Shown in pieces: positions 1 to 9,135 of a stretch of 56,570 nucleotides of DNA. Below the pieces are notes generated by a model. The model did no database searches, was not told the DNA's origin, and was given only the letters and a program-made list of their open reading frames with translations. Both the position numbers and the translations under genes were made by a program. Position 1 is the stretch's first letter, and each line of letters opens with the position of its first letter. Origin of the DNA: Schmidtea nova (taxonomy: Eukaryota); contig CM097882.1 of NCBI GenBank assembly GCA_044892505.1, positions 255,316,001 to 255,372,570 of the forward strand. The letters are read 5' to 3'.

Positions 1-920
1 AGGGTTGATCCAAATGTTTCTCCATTTCTTCTCAATCTCTCTCTGATAACTTCTTTCACAAATATTTCGCTTTTGCCGGTGCGTTCCATTACCTTTTGAG
101 TTCGTGGTTCGTCTAATATCTTATCTACTAATAATTCATTAACAGGCATCTCTGGGTTTTTATAATTGATCGGTTCTTCGTCTTCATATAATTCTTCTCC
201 ATATTTACAATATTCGTTGTGTTTCAGGTATTCTCCTTCTTCTTTTGGTAATTGATATTGTATTCCACACTCTGAACATTCAGCGGTTGATTCATTTATT
301 GCATAAAAACCTTCTATTGCTAATCTGATACCCATCTTTTTATCTGCAAAGGTGTCAGTTCTCCCATTAAACTTATATTTTGGATCAATTTCTATGAATC
401 GTATCTTTGCTGGACCTGTTGAAGTTATCGTTACTATTTTGGGTTTTTCTTCTTCGTCGTTGTTCATTGTTGCTGGTTTTCTTGGTTTTTCGCATGCCTT
501 TAATACAAACTGGCATGTGGGTGAAAGTTTTCTATGTTCTGTTAGTGGATCATCGTTAATTCTCCAAGGTTCTATTTCAATTCTGCAAAATACACAGGTT
601 ACTTTATCGGGTTTCTCAATTGTCCCTGCAAAATACAACCCATCTTTGGCGAATTTTCTGTATTGCTTTTCATAGAAATTGTCTTGTTGTAAAAAGGTTA
701 TATATCTTCAGTTCTCATTTTTCAACGTTTCATCGATAATTTTGAATTTGCCATAATTCCTTTCCTTGGGAACATTCGATATTGTTCGTGTAAATTGGCA
801 ATAAATCAATTCTGAGGTAATTGGTGTTGACATCTTTTCTTTACCTCTTTTCATTAATTCGCATAAACTTTTGAATGATCTGTCATCTTCTCGTATTTTC
901 ACGATCTTCCTTTCAGTCAT
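1..920 (-). pseudogene. Inhibitor-of-apoptosis (IAP) gene, BIR + degenerate BIR + UBA-like; one in-frame TGA at 710-708; runs off the left edge
   Basis: Reading the 920..708 ORF through its TGA stays in frame to position 1: NEN*RYITF...KFAKDGLYFAGTIEKPDKVTCVFCRIEIEPWRINDDPLTEHRKLSPTCQFV (BIR with CxxC-H-C), then RTDTF...LAIEGFY...CSEC...H...C (second BIR-like), then VMERTGKSEIFVKEVIRERLRRNGETFGST (resembles the cIAP/XIAP UBA). No introns. Confidence 0.85.
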
Positions 921-1140
921 TGTATCTACAATATTTTCTCCGTTATATTTTCACAATTTTTGTTTTCTATATTTACAAAATTTTGATTTTTCTCATTTTT
1001 ATATTTGATTTTTTGGTTTTTCTCATTTTTATATTTCTTTTTAATTTTTATGTTTTTTGTGATTTTTTAATTTTATTTTGTACATTATGATACAGATACT
1101 TCATTATAATACAGACATATTTACACTTTTTCCATCTTCA

Positions 1141-2598
1141 CTACGGCTTCCTCACTTCGATAATCAGATACAGGATATTATTTACCAAATATAATGATTG
1201 TTCTGTGGTTAAATAATGTAATGCAATAAAACGTGGATTTCCTACAGCTACGTTGTAGTTTTCGATCGGCTTCCTATAAGCTGCTTCTACCTTCTTCAAG
1301 TTTGGCCTGAATACTTCCCGAACGTTGTTTTCCTTTGTTCCGATCATCATAGTTATATCGCAATCGTAGGGCCATTCTAACCAATCGTCATAATCTCCTT
1401 TACATATTTGAAAATATACAGATAAATGAGTTCCGGCTCCTAGTCCGTCTCCCGTTAGATATACTTTGAATCTGAGCTTGTAACCATGTTTCCAACTGTG
1501 ACAAGGTGGACTTGTCCATACACGTTGACCTCCTTCTCTTGCTAGTCTCAATTTCTCTGTAAATTCTGTGATTTTCCAATAGTAGGGTGTGACGGGTAGT
1601 TCTTCCATTGTTGGCAATATGCTTTCCAATCTTTGTTGGATTGTTGATATTTCTGCTATTTTCTGGTCTAATAGTATCATTTTTTGGATCATTTGTTCTC
1701 TTATTCTTTCAAAATTTCCTCTCGTATCCAACATCTCTTGTATCATGATTTTGTGAGATTTTATTTCTGTGTTGGCTTCTCCAATTACCAGTGCGGTTGC
1801 TCCAATAGCTTCCACAACGGTTCTCAAATGATTTACACTATTTTCATCTACATGCTTTTGTATTTCCTCTTTTGGTAATCTCACTTTGCAATTGAATAAT
1901 TTTAGTGGACATGCAGTAGGCTTCTTTTCGCATATTTCCCAATGTTCTTTTAGCTTCACGTTTTCTGCCATTCCACATTGATTACAATTACCTTCATACT
2001 CGTCACATACTTGCCCTTCTTCTATATTCCAATGCTCATCTTTTAACACTATCCAAGCGTCTGTTTCGTTGCAAAACTCACATATTTCCTGTCGTTGTTC
2101 ACACATTTCCTCATGACTGTCTTTGACTTTCTTCAACATTTCTTCTTCACACCACTTGCATTTGGCTTTCGTATCATCACAATTATAAAGGTGTTTGGCG
2201 ATCCATTTTATTGGCCCACTCCATACACATGGTTTATTTGGACAGGTTGTGGCTGCGTTCATTATTTCCCGATTCATTGCGATATCTGGTCTGGTTTGGT
2301 CAAATTGATCTATTATTGCTTCACCACATTCAGGACATAGCTTCTGTTTTGTTCGTATTATTTTCATCACGCAATTAGTGCATATTCGACATCCACATTC
2401 AGTTTGTCTGGGTTCTATCAATAAATTTCTACATACTTTGCATTTAAATCTTTCTTGAAATTCTGTTGGTTCTATCCGTTGTCTCTGTAGTATCTGATAT
2501 AGTTCAATCAATTCCTCTTGTTTCTGCTGATTCTCGGTCTGCATTCTAAAATAATTTATAATTTTTTCGTTTTGCTCTTTATACCAAGTTTTATTCAT
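1141..2598 (-). CDS. TNF receptor-associated factor (TRAF2/3/5-like), intronless
   Basis: RING CKVC..CGCRICTNC..CPEC; TRAF zinc fingers (CPNKPCVW..H..C; CPLKLFNC..H); coiled coil; C-terminal MATH/TRAF-C (YYWKITEF..GYKLRFKVYLTGDGLGAGTHLSVYFQICKGDYDDWLEWPY). First ATG at 2598 (ORF track uses GTG 2604). Confidence 0.92.
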   Translation of the reverse strand: MNKTWYKEQNEKIINYFRMQTENQQKQEELIELYQILQRQRIEPTEFQERFKCKVCRNLLIEPRQTECGCRICTNCVMKIIRTKQKLCPECGEAIIDQFDQTRPDIAMNREIMNAATTCPNKPCVWSGPIKWIAKHLYNCDDTKAKCKWCEEEMLKKVKDSHEEMCEQRQEICEFCNETDAWIVLKDEHWNIEEGQVCDEYEGNCNQCGMAENVKLKEHWEICEKKPTACPLKLFNCKVRLPKEEIQKHVDENSVNHLRTVVEAIGATALVIGEANTEIKSHKIMIQEMLDTRGNFERIREQMIQKMILLDQKIAEISTIQQRLESILPTMEELPVTPYYWKITEFTEKLRLAREGGQRVWTSPPCHSWKHGYKLRFKVYLTGDGLGAGTHLSVYFQICKGDYDDWLEWPYDCDITMMIGTKENNVREVFRPNLKKVEAAYRKPIENYNVAVGNPRFIALHYLTTEQSLYLVNNILYLIIEVRKP

Positions 2599-2638
2599 AT
2601 TCACATTTTTACATTTTATTTACACTGGTTTTAAATTT

Positions 2639-3274
2639 TTATAATGGTTCATCCCTTCCCGTCGAGTCAGGCTCTCGAACCGGTTCTGGAAAATTGTCTA
2701 ACCAGTTATACCATGCTCTAACTTCTTCTCGCGTCTCATTCAATCTTCTAATTTCGTTTGTTTGCCACTCCGTATGTCTTGTAAACCATTCAATTCTCTG
2801 GTCCTTTTGGATTATCATTTGTTGTTGTTCTTCCATTTTGGCAAGATATAATAAATTTCTGTTTACGCTCTCTGTTAACAAAGCTTGTTCGTTTTTCCAT
2901 TGTGCGTAGGCTTGATTCAACATCCTGCTTAATAATTCACATTGCGTTTTCCATGATAACTCTTGCGTCATTGTCTGCTGATAAACCATCGGAGCTGATA
3001 TTGATTGAGTCTGGCTATTTGTTGGTTGTTGATTTAATACGAATGTCGTTTGAATTGGGTTCATGGTTTCATCAAATAGTGGAATTTCGACTTGGTATAT
3101 CAGGTTTCTATCATCAATTGTTGGATTTTGCGTTTCATTTTCGATTACTGGGGTTTGCAGTGACCCTTCTCTTTCTCGTATATTGGTATCTTCTGGAAAC
3201 TGAGTTTGATTTAATGGTTCATTGAACGTAGGAACTGATGTTTGATAACTTTGACTCTCGTTGTTCGGATTCAT
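2639..3274 (-). CDS. Hypothetical protein, Q/N/T-rich N-terminus and coiled-coil-like C-half
   Basis: Uninterrupted ~211-codon ORF (first ATG 3274), same strand and compact spacing as its neighbours; no recognisable family. Confidence 0.6.
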   Translation of the reverse strand: MNPNNESQSYQTSVPTFNEPLNQTQFPEDTNIREREGSLQTPVIENETQNPTIDDRNLIYQVEIPLFDETMNPIQTTFVLNQQPTNSQTQSISAPMVYQQTMTQELSWKTQCELLSRMLNQAYAQWKNEQALLTESVNRNLLYLAKMEEQQQMIIQKDQRIEWFTRHTEWQTNEIRRLNETREEVRAWYNWLDNFPEPVREPDSTGRDEPL

Positions 3275-3428
3275 TTCTGTCAATAATTACACAATATTAT
3301 CATTTGTTTATCCCAGTTTTGAGGTATTCATTTTTTTTTTGGATTTTTAAATTTTTATTATACAAATATATTCTACTTTTATAATACAATATAATTTTAT
3401 ACACTATATACACTGTTCCTTCCACTGG

Positions 3429-5951
3429 TTACTCTGACAACTTGCGTTTCGACGACACTCTGATGTTCTCATCTGGCTCGTCGGTTAATATGACTTTTAT
3501 GTCTTCTTGGGTGACTTTTGAACCATTATGTGTTACTATCTGACATACGAGTGTTCTAAACATTTCTTGTGATGCTTTCTTTTTGTAAACACAGATTTTA
3601 TATTTTGTTTCTCGTTTTAATCCATTTATTCGGATTTCTCCTCCTTCTGCTCGTTGACATTTGACTGGATTATCTCCTTTAATTTGCAATTTTACGCTAC
3701 TCCAACATGCTTCTTCATTATCTGCTCCTTGTATTAATACTTGTACTGGTTTTCTCTTGTCATCCGCTTCCGTTCCTTTCAATGCTGACAGCATCAATAT
3801 CAGTAATATTATGTCTTTTATTCGAGTTTTATGTAGACATGCTGTTCGTTTTTCATAATTTGAAGTTTCTTGCTTGGGTTCATCACTTTTGTTCCCAATT
3901 TCCTCGTTATTGCTTTTTCCATCATCTTTCTCGTCTTTGTCATTGTTTCTGTTGATACTTTCATTGTCATCTTTCTTTGTTTTGTTGTTATTATTCTCTT
4001 CATCTTCATCGTCAGGCTCATTGTGATCATCAGCACCACCCTCGGTTCTGATTAAAATGTCGTCCTCGACATTTATTAATTTTATTATTTCCTCATATCT
4101 TTTGGCTATTTCATCCGCTTCGGCTTTTATATTTGCTCTCTTGGTTATTTCTTCTTTGGCGTTGTTCCAGCTTCGGTGAATTCTGCTTTCTTTTATATTT
4201 TCTTTCCATATGATGACTTGCTGATATAATTCATGTCTTTTAGATCCAATTCTTTCTTTTTCTTTTTTGTTGTTTGTAAATCTGAAATCAGGTCTTTGCA
4301 GCAATGCTTTAATCGTTTTACACATTTTCCATTTTCTTTTCATGGCTCTTTTCATTATCATATTTTCACCGTCTTCAAATCTGTCATTGACATTTATCAC
4401 TCCTTCGTGCGTAACTGGATGTAACCATTTAATCATTTTGGCTGTTGTTTCGTCTGCATCTTTGTTCACTGCATTTACTAATGGATTTGGATCTGAACTG
4501 AGTACTTCAATATCTTCTTCTGTAGCATTTGACATAATATATTTGATTATTTGATGGTTATTTGCTTGCACTGCATATGATAACACCGTTTCATTTTTAT
4601 CATCTCTTTCTTTAAAACTTGATCCGGTTCTCATCAGTTCTGCTATGAGTTTCTTGGATCCTCCTTTTTCAATTGCTACCATCAAGGGTGTTTGATCTTT
4701 CCAGTTTTTCGTGTTGGTATGTTGTTTACACTTTTCCATGAGTTTTATGATTTCAAACATTCTCTGTTCATTCCCACTTTTTATTGCGTGGTATAATGGT
4801 ATCTCATCTTTAAAACTGGTAATTGTAAGTAATATTGGTAATCTTTCTTTTATGGTATTCATCGCTTCTGTCGTTTCATTTCCTTTGGCATATTCCTCAA
4901 CCATTAAGCTTACTCCTCCCAATATTTCAAATAGATTTTTACTTTTTGACCATTCTGGCATAATTTCTTTGGTAATCTCAATGATCAATTCCATCTTTTT
5001 GCGGTGCTCCATTTTTACATCGTCAACTATCTTAGGTTGTTCAGATATTGTTGTTGACTGATTTACTTTTCTGCTCGTAGTTAATATACGATGTAGCCAA
5101 TCGTCATTTGCATTTTCTCGAAACATAAATACTTGTCCTTTTCTGGTCATTTCTTGATTTGATTGTTCTGTCATTGTTTCTCTTGTGCAATTCTCTTCAA
5201 TTTGGTGTTTCAACTTCATCGTATTCAAATCAATTACAGATCCTTTTAACAGTTTTGGTATTAAGTCTGTTCCAATAATGCATGATGCACCTAGTTGTTT
5301 TATTACTGTCAAATAAGTTGATATTTTCACATTTCTGTATTCGATGTCTGTCCATATTTTTCCAACGATATTGACAGATTCTTTGCTGCATGTTATTACG
5401 TCTACTGATGTTTTCTCGATGCATGACCATAACATTTCTGGTATCATATCGATATCTATTGCTGATATATTTGCGCCAGTGTCTATCATGGCGTCTACTT
5501 TCACACCATTAACTTCGATGTTAATTGTAAGTGTTGGTCCAGCTGGAGTTTTCATCATTGCAATTATCGTTGTTTCGGGATTATCTTCACCTCTCGCTTT
5601 TCTGGTCAACTCGCTTCCTGCAATTTTATCAACAGTTAATTTATTACTTGTTTCGATTTGTATTGGGGTTACACCGATTTCTATATCATCATCCAGCGAT
5701 TCTCCATCATATTTCAAGTGAAATGGTAAGTCAAACGGTAATCTCTCTTTTATCTCTTTGATCTTTGTTGTTAATGATACATTCATCTTTATTTCTTCTA
5801 GACTCGGAAACTGAATTTTCAATCTGCACATCTGTGGATCATCGTTTGTTTGTTCCAGTTGTTTCCATTTTCTCATGATGTCGTCAAATTGTGTTGAATA
5901 CCAAGGGCATAAACGTCTGCATTTCTCGATTTCTCTCACTATCAATCTCAT
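3429..5951 (-). CDS. Mosaic 840-aa protein: ubiquitin-like + retropepsin aspartic protease + ankyrin repeats + acidic linker + signal-peptide-like segment + FN3-like domain
   Basis: LKIQFPSLEEIKMNVSLTTKIKEIKERL..LKYDGESLDDD (UBL-like); IEVNGVKVDAMIDTGANISAI..CIIGTDLI (retropepsin); IPLYHAIKSG, DQTPLMVAIEKG, NETVLSYAVQAN (ankyrin); KDIILLILMLSALKGTEA; INGLKRETKYKICV (FN3-like). The frame is open upstream to 6047. Confidence 0.75.
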   Translation of the reverse strand: MRLIVREIEKCRRLCPWYSTQFDDIMRKWKQLEQTNDDPQMCRLKIQFPSLEEIKMNVSLTTKIKEIKERLPFDLPFHLKYDGESLDDDIEIGVTPIQIETSNKLTVDKIAGSELTRKARGEDNPETTIIAMMKTPAGPTLTINIEVNGVKVDAMIDTGANISAIDIDMIPEMLWSCIEKTSVDVITCSKESVNIVGKIWTDIEYRNVKISTYLTVIKQLGASCIIGTDLIPKLLKGSVIDLNTMKLKHQIEENCTRETMTEQSNQEMTRKGQVFMFRENANDDWLHRILTTSRKVNQSTTISEQPKIVDDVKMEHRKKMELIIEITKEIMPEWSKSKNLFEILGGVSLMVEEYAKGNETTEAMNTIKERLPILLTITSFKDEIPLYHAIKSGNEQRMFEIIKLMEKCKQHTNTKNWKDQTPLMVAIEKGGSKKLIAELMRTGSSFKERDDKNETVLSYAVQANNHQIIKYIMSNATEEDIEVLSSDPNPLVNAVNKDADETTAKMIKWLHPVTHEGVINVNDRFEDGENMIMKRAMKRKWKMCKTIKALLQRPDFRFTNNKKEKERIGSKRHELYQQVIIWKENIKESRIHRSWNNAKEEITKRANIKAEADEIAKRYEEIIKLINVEDDILIRTEGGADDHNEPDDEDEENNNNKTKKDDNESINRNNDKDEKDDGKSNNEEIGNKSDEPKQETSNYEKRTACLHKTRIKDIILLILMLSALKGTEADDKRKPVQVLIQGADNEEACWSSVKLQIKGDNPVKCQRAEGGEIRINGLKRETKYKICVYKKKASQEMFRTLVCQIVTHNGSKVTQEDIKVILTDEPDENIRVSSKRKLSE

Positions 5952-6050
5952 GTTTGATATATTTGCACTATTTTTTATAACCCATTTTAGTAATTCAGTT
6001 GTTGTTTCACATTGATTTCCTGCATTCTTGATTAGGTTATTGATTAATCA

Positions 6051-6529
6051 TTCGGTCTTTGACGTCTCTGTTTGTTTTGATCTTTCGAGCTTCGCTGATT
6101 TCCTTTTTTCTTCCGACTTTTGATTCATTTTCGTCATTTCTTCTATGGTAATGGTTAACAATCTTTGTGCCATTTGATCGTTATGGATTCATCCCATTTC
6201 TCGTCCATGCTACATGTATCATCATTGCTTCTTCTTTCTCTTCTTTGTCGGTTATATTTCTCCACAAACTTCTTCTTTTCTTCTCCCTCCATATCTTTTA
6301 CTGAAAATTCATATACATTTCCCTTTCTTTCAATTTCAACGTCTGATAATTCGGTTATCATTTCATTTACTTTTCCTTCGATATTCTGTTGTAGTTGCAT
6401 ATTCATTGTTATTACTTCTTTTTCTTCTTCCTGTAAATTATCTTCTACATTTGGACTGGTTATTTTCTGCTCTTCTTTTAATAAATTATCTTCTGAGTTT
6501 GCACTGGTAACTTTCTGATTCTCCTCCAT
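6051..6529 (-). pseudogene. E/K/N-rich low-complexity coding remnant, probably a disrupted N-terminal extension of the 5951..3429 ORF
   Basis: ORF 6529..6155 overlaps a second open stretch (6188..6051) that is in frame with the mosaic ORF and separated from it by one TGA (6050-6048). Confidence 0.4.
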
Positions 6530-6946
6530 TTTTCTTTATTTATCAGCTTTGTTTCTTTGTTATTTCCTTTCGTCGTTTCTTTATAGATTTGACTCTTTAT
6601 CTTTCGACTTTACGAACTTGGTTGGTTTGGTAATATTGCCAATTTGTGTTTAATATCGATTGTTGATCTCTCTTTTATCTTCAATTGGGTCTTCTTTGAT
6701 TTATTTTCTTTTACTTCTTTCCTTTTCAATTAGACTTCTTTTTCTTCTTTTCTTCTATATATACCTCTTCAATAACTGATTGATTTGACTATCTCTTGGC
6801 TTGGCTTTGATCTGTTGGACAATCTAAATAAAAATATCGCTTCTTCATCGACGCCATTTACCCCCCTTTTACTCTGAGCTCAGATTTTAAATTATCTATA
6901 TCTCGTAATAATTATCTATATGGTCGTATCAGTTATCTATACCCTG

Positions 6947-6983
<37 letters not shown>

Positions 6984-6985
6984 TA
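6947..6985. repeat. (AAT)n microsatellite
   Basis: Direct reading. Confidence 0.9.
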
Positions 6986-7211
6986 ACAATACTAATACTA
7001 TAATAACAGTATGATCATACTCATCTCGGCATTCAAAAAAAATGTCTTGTTCGTTATCTATTCATGGCCATTATTTTATTTCCTAAGTACTACACCTTAA
7101 GTATTCGCGTTCAATGTTTTTCTCTGTCATAACAAAATTTTTTCTGCGCAGTTTTATTTAATTCTATCTCTCAAACGTTTTCCTAAATTTCTCAACAATA
7201 TCCACAAACAT

Positions 7212-7614
7212 TGGACTCTCAAAGTCTCTCACATACATGAACTCTCAAAGTTTATCAATTATCTGGACTCTCAAAGTCTCTCCCAGAGCGCTCAATTATC
7301 TGGACTCTCAAAGTCTCTTAATGGACTCTCAAAGTCTCTCAATGGACTCTCAAAGTCTCTCAATGGACTCTCAAAGTCTCTCAATGGACTCTCAAAGTCT
7401 CTCAATGGACTCTCAAAGTCTCTCAATGGACTCTCAAAGTCTCTCAATGGACTCTCAAAGTCTCTCAATGGACTCTCAAAGTCTCTCAATGGACTCTCAA
7501 AGTCTCTCAATGGACTCTCAAAGTCTCTCAATGGACTCTCAAAGTCTCTCAATGGACTCTCAAAGTCTCTTACTGGACTCTCAAAGTCTCTTACTGAACT
7601 CTCAAAGTTTCTCA
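7212..7614. repeat. 21-bp minisatellite (ATGGACTCTCAAAGTCTCTCA)
   Basis: 11 perfect units at 7321-7551, variant units at 7300, 7552, 7573 and 7594, and degenerate copies back to ~7212. Confidence 0.97.
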
Positions 7615-8652
7615 ATTATCTCGGCCGTCTTCAATTGTTCTCTTTATGCTATTTAATCACTCGTTTCCCTATTCTCAAATTTTTAAATAAATTCGCTGTT
7701 GCTGACTGTTTTTCTCAAATTGTTCTACTACTTCTCAATTACGAATTTATTCCTTAACTACCATGGTAGAATCTTTTCTTGTTATATTATCATCTACTAT
7801 TATCATCGAAATTCACTTTTTACTCTTTTGACTTGCTAAAATCTGCATCTGATTTTCTCAGCAACTTTCTCTTTACTCATGTTACTGTCTTCTACCTCAG
7901 TGTACCAATCATGCCTTGGCAAACTGGTGTATAAGATGAACATTACGGGTTTGACCCTTTCACCTAATTCAAAATCGTAAAATAATCGCATCAACTAGTT
8001 TCGCCATTTGTGATGATCAGTCACAAACGAAATTTCGCCAACATATGCGATGGATATCCTATTCTACTCTCTTTCCTCAAGGTGATCAAGTTTTTCCCCG
8101 TTTGTTGTCTGCTAATTTTTAACAACAAAATATTGACGTACTATCTTTTGATAGCTCTGTTAAAACTTGGCGTACTATCTTTTGATAGCTCAGTTATGAA
8201 TTTGTGAACTATTTTCTCGTTTCGACTCAGGCACTCATTTATTTCGGAAGATTCTCCCTATAAAATCAACTTCTATAACTCTACTTATTGCTCGTCCTAA
8301 TACATACATATTTATATAAAAATGATCAGTATAATAATGATAATCAATATAATAATGATAATAAGGAAGATTTATAGTAATAGAATTCGGATCGATATAA
8401 TAATGATGAGGAGGATTTATAAGAATAATAATAAAGAAAATTTGAAAAGAACAGAAAAATAACTTTGTCACAAATTCCCATTTTCCTAATGTTTAATTTT
8501 TCGGCATTAGCCGTTACTTGTTATGTTTTACGCGCATCTCAGTTATTAATTACCTAGTGTTCTTTGTTTAGTTAGTTTTCACGACGGTTTGGAGTACTGG
8601 ATGATCGACGAAGTTCAACACGACTAAAACGTTTTATTTCGAACGGCATTCT

Positions 8653-9135
8653 TTACGAACAAAATACGACGATTTTGTCTTCAATCGTCTGTTTGCAGAT
8701 TACGCATCTCTTTATTTCTCCATAACACGGCTGGCAATAACACAAATGCACACATGGCATGAAAAAAATGTTCGCTTCTCTTAGTCGACAAATATAACAT
8801 CTTTCGAACGAATCGATCTGTTGATTCATCGATCTCTCCAGCCTGTCCATGATTTTATCGATTTTACCAATCCATTCCTGTATTTTCAGATCGAAATTCG
8901 GATTATTCAGTCGCAATCGTTGTAATTCATAAACCGTTTCTAACGAAATATCGTTTGTTGCTCCCACAATTCCTGCAATCACTACCAGATTCTCAGGTTG
9001 TGGTCCAGGACTCAACAATAATTCATCTTTTATTCCATTTACTCGTTCGAGTTTCTCGCTCAACACCTGTAATGGGTCATTTTTAAAATCGAAAAACAAC
9101 TCGATTCGTAGTAAAATATGCTCAATCGATTCCAT
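8653..9135 (-). CDS. Small protein with C-terminal RING-HC finger of the IAP/MDM2 type (putative E3 ubiquitin ligase)
   Basis: CYICRLREANIFFMPCVHLCYCQPCYGEIKRCVICKQTIEDKIVVFCS at the extreme C-terminus; ATG start, intronless. Confidence 0.85.
   Translation of the reverse strand: MESIEHILLRIELFFDFKNDPLQVLSEKLERVNGIKDELLLSPGPQPENLVVIAGIVGATNDISLETVYELQRLRLNNPNFDLKIQEWIGKIDKIMDRLERSMNQQIDSFERCYICRLREANIFFMPCVHLCYCQPCYGEIKRCVICKQTIEDKIVVFCS

Noticed and set aside
708-6191. Alternative genetic code or programmed UGA read-through in the cassette (interruptions are TGA; intact genes end TAA/TAG)
   Set aside because: Too few cases, Trp is encoded by TGG throughout, contexts lack the UGA-C read-through motif, and CGA to TGA mutation is simpler.
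352-6518. Hydrophobic plus-strand ORFs (352, 1684, 2095, 2694, 2902, 3661-5761, 6165, 6214)
   Set aside because: Antisense shadows of A-rich minus-strand genes. The same applies to shadows over actin, hAT and gypsy ORFs.
7212-7614. CRISPR-like array (also the 78-bp array at 45074-46456)
   Set aside because: Head-to-tail units with no unique spacers, eukaryotic context and no cas genes.
1-9135. Assignment to a Polinton/Maverick or a specific DNA virus
   Set aside because: No protein-primed polymerase, packaging ATPase, capsid or cysteine protease is visible; the only mobility clue is a retropepsin.
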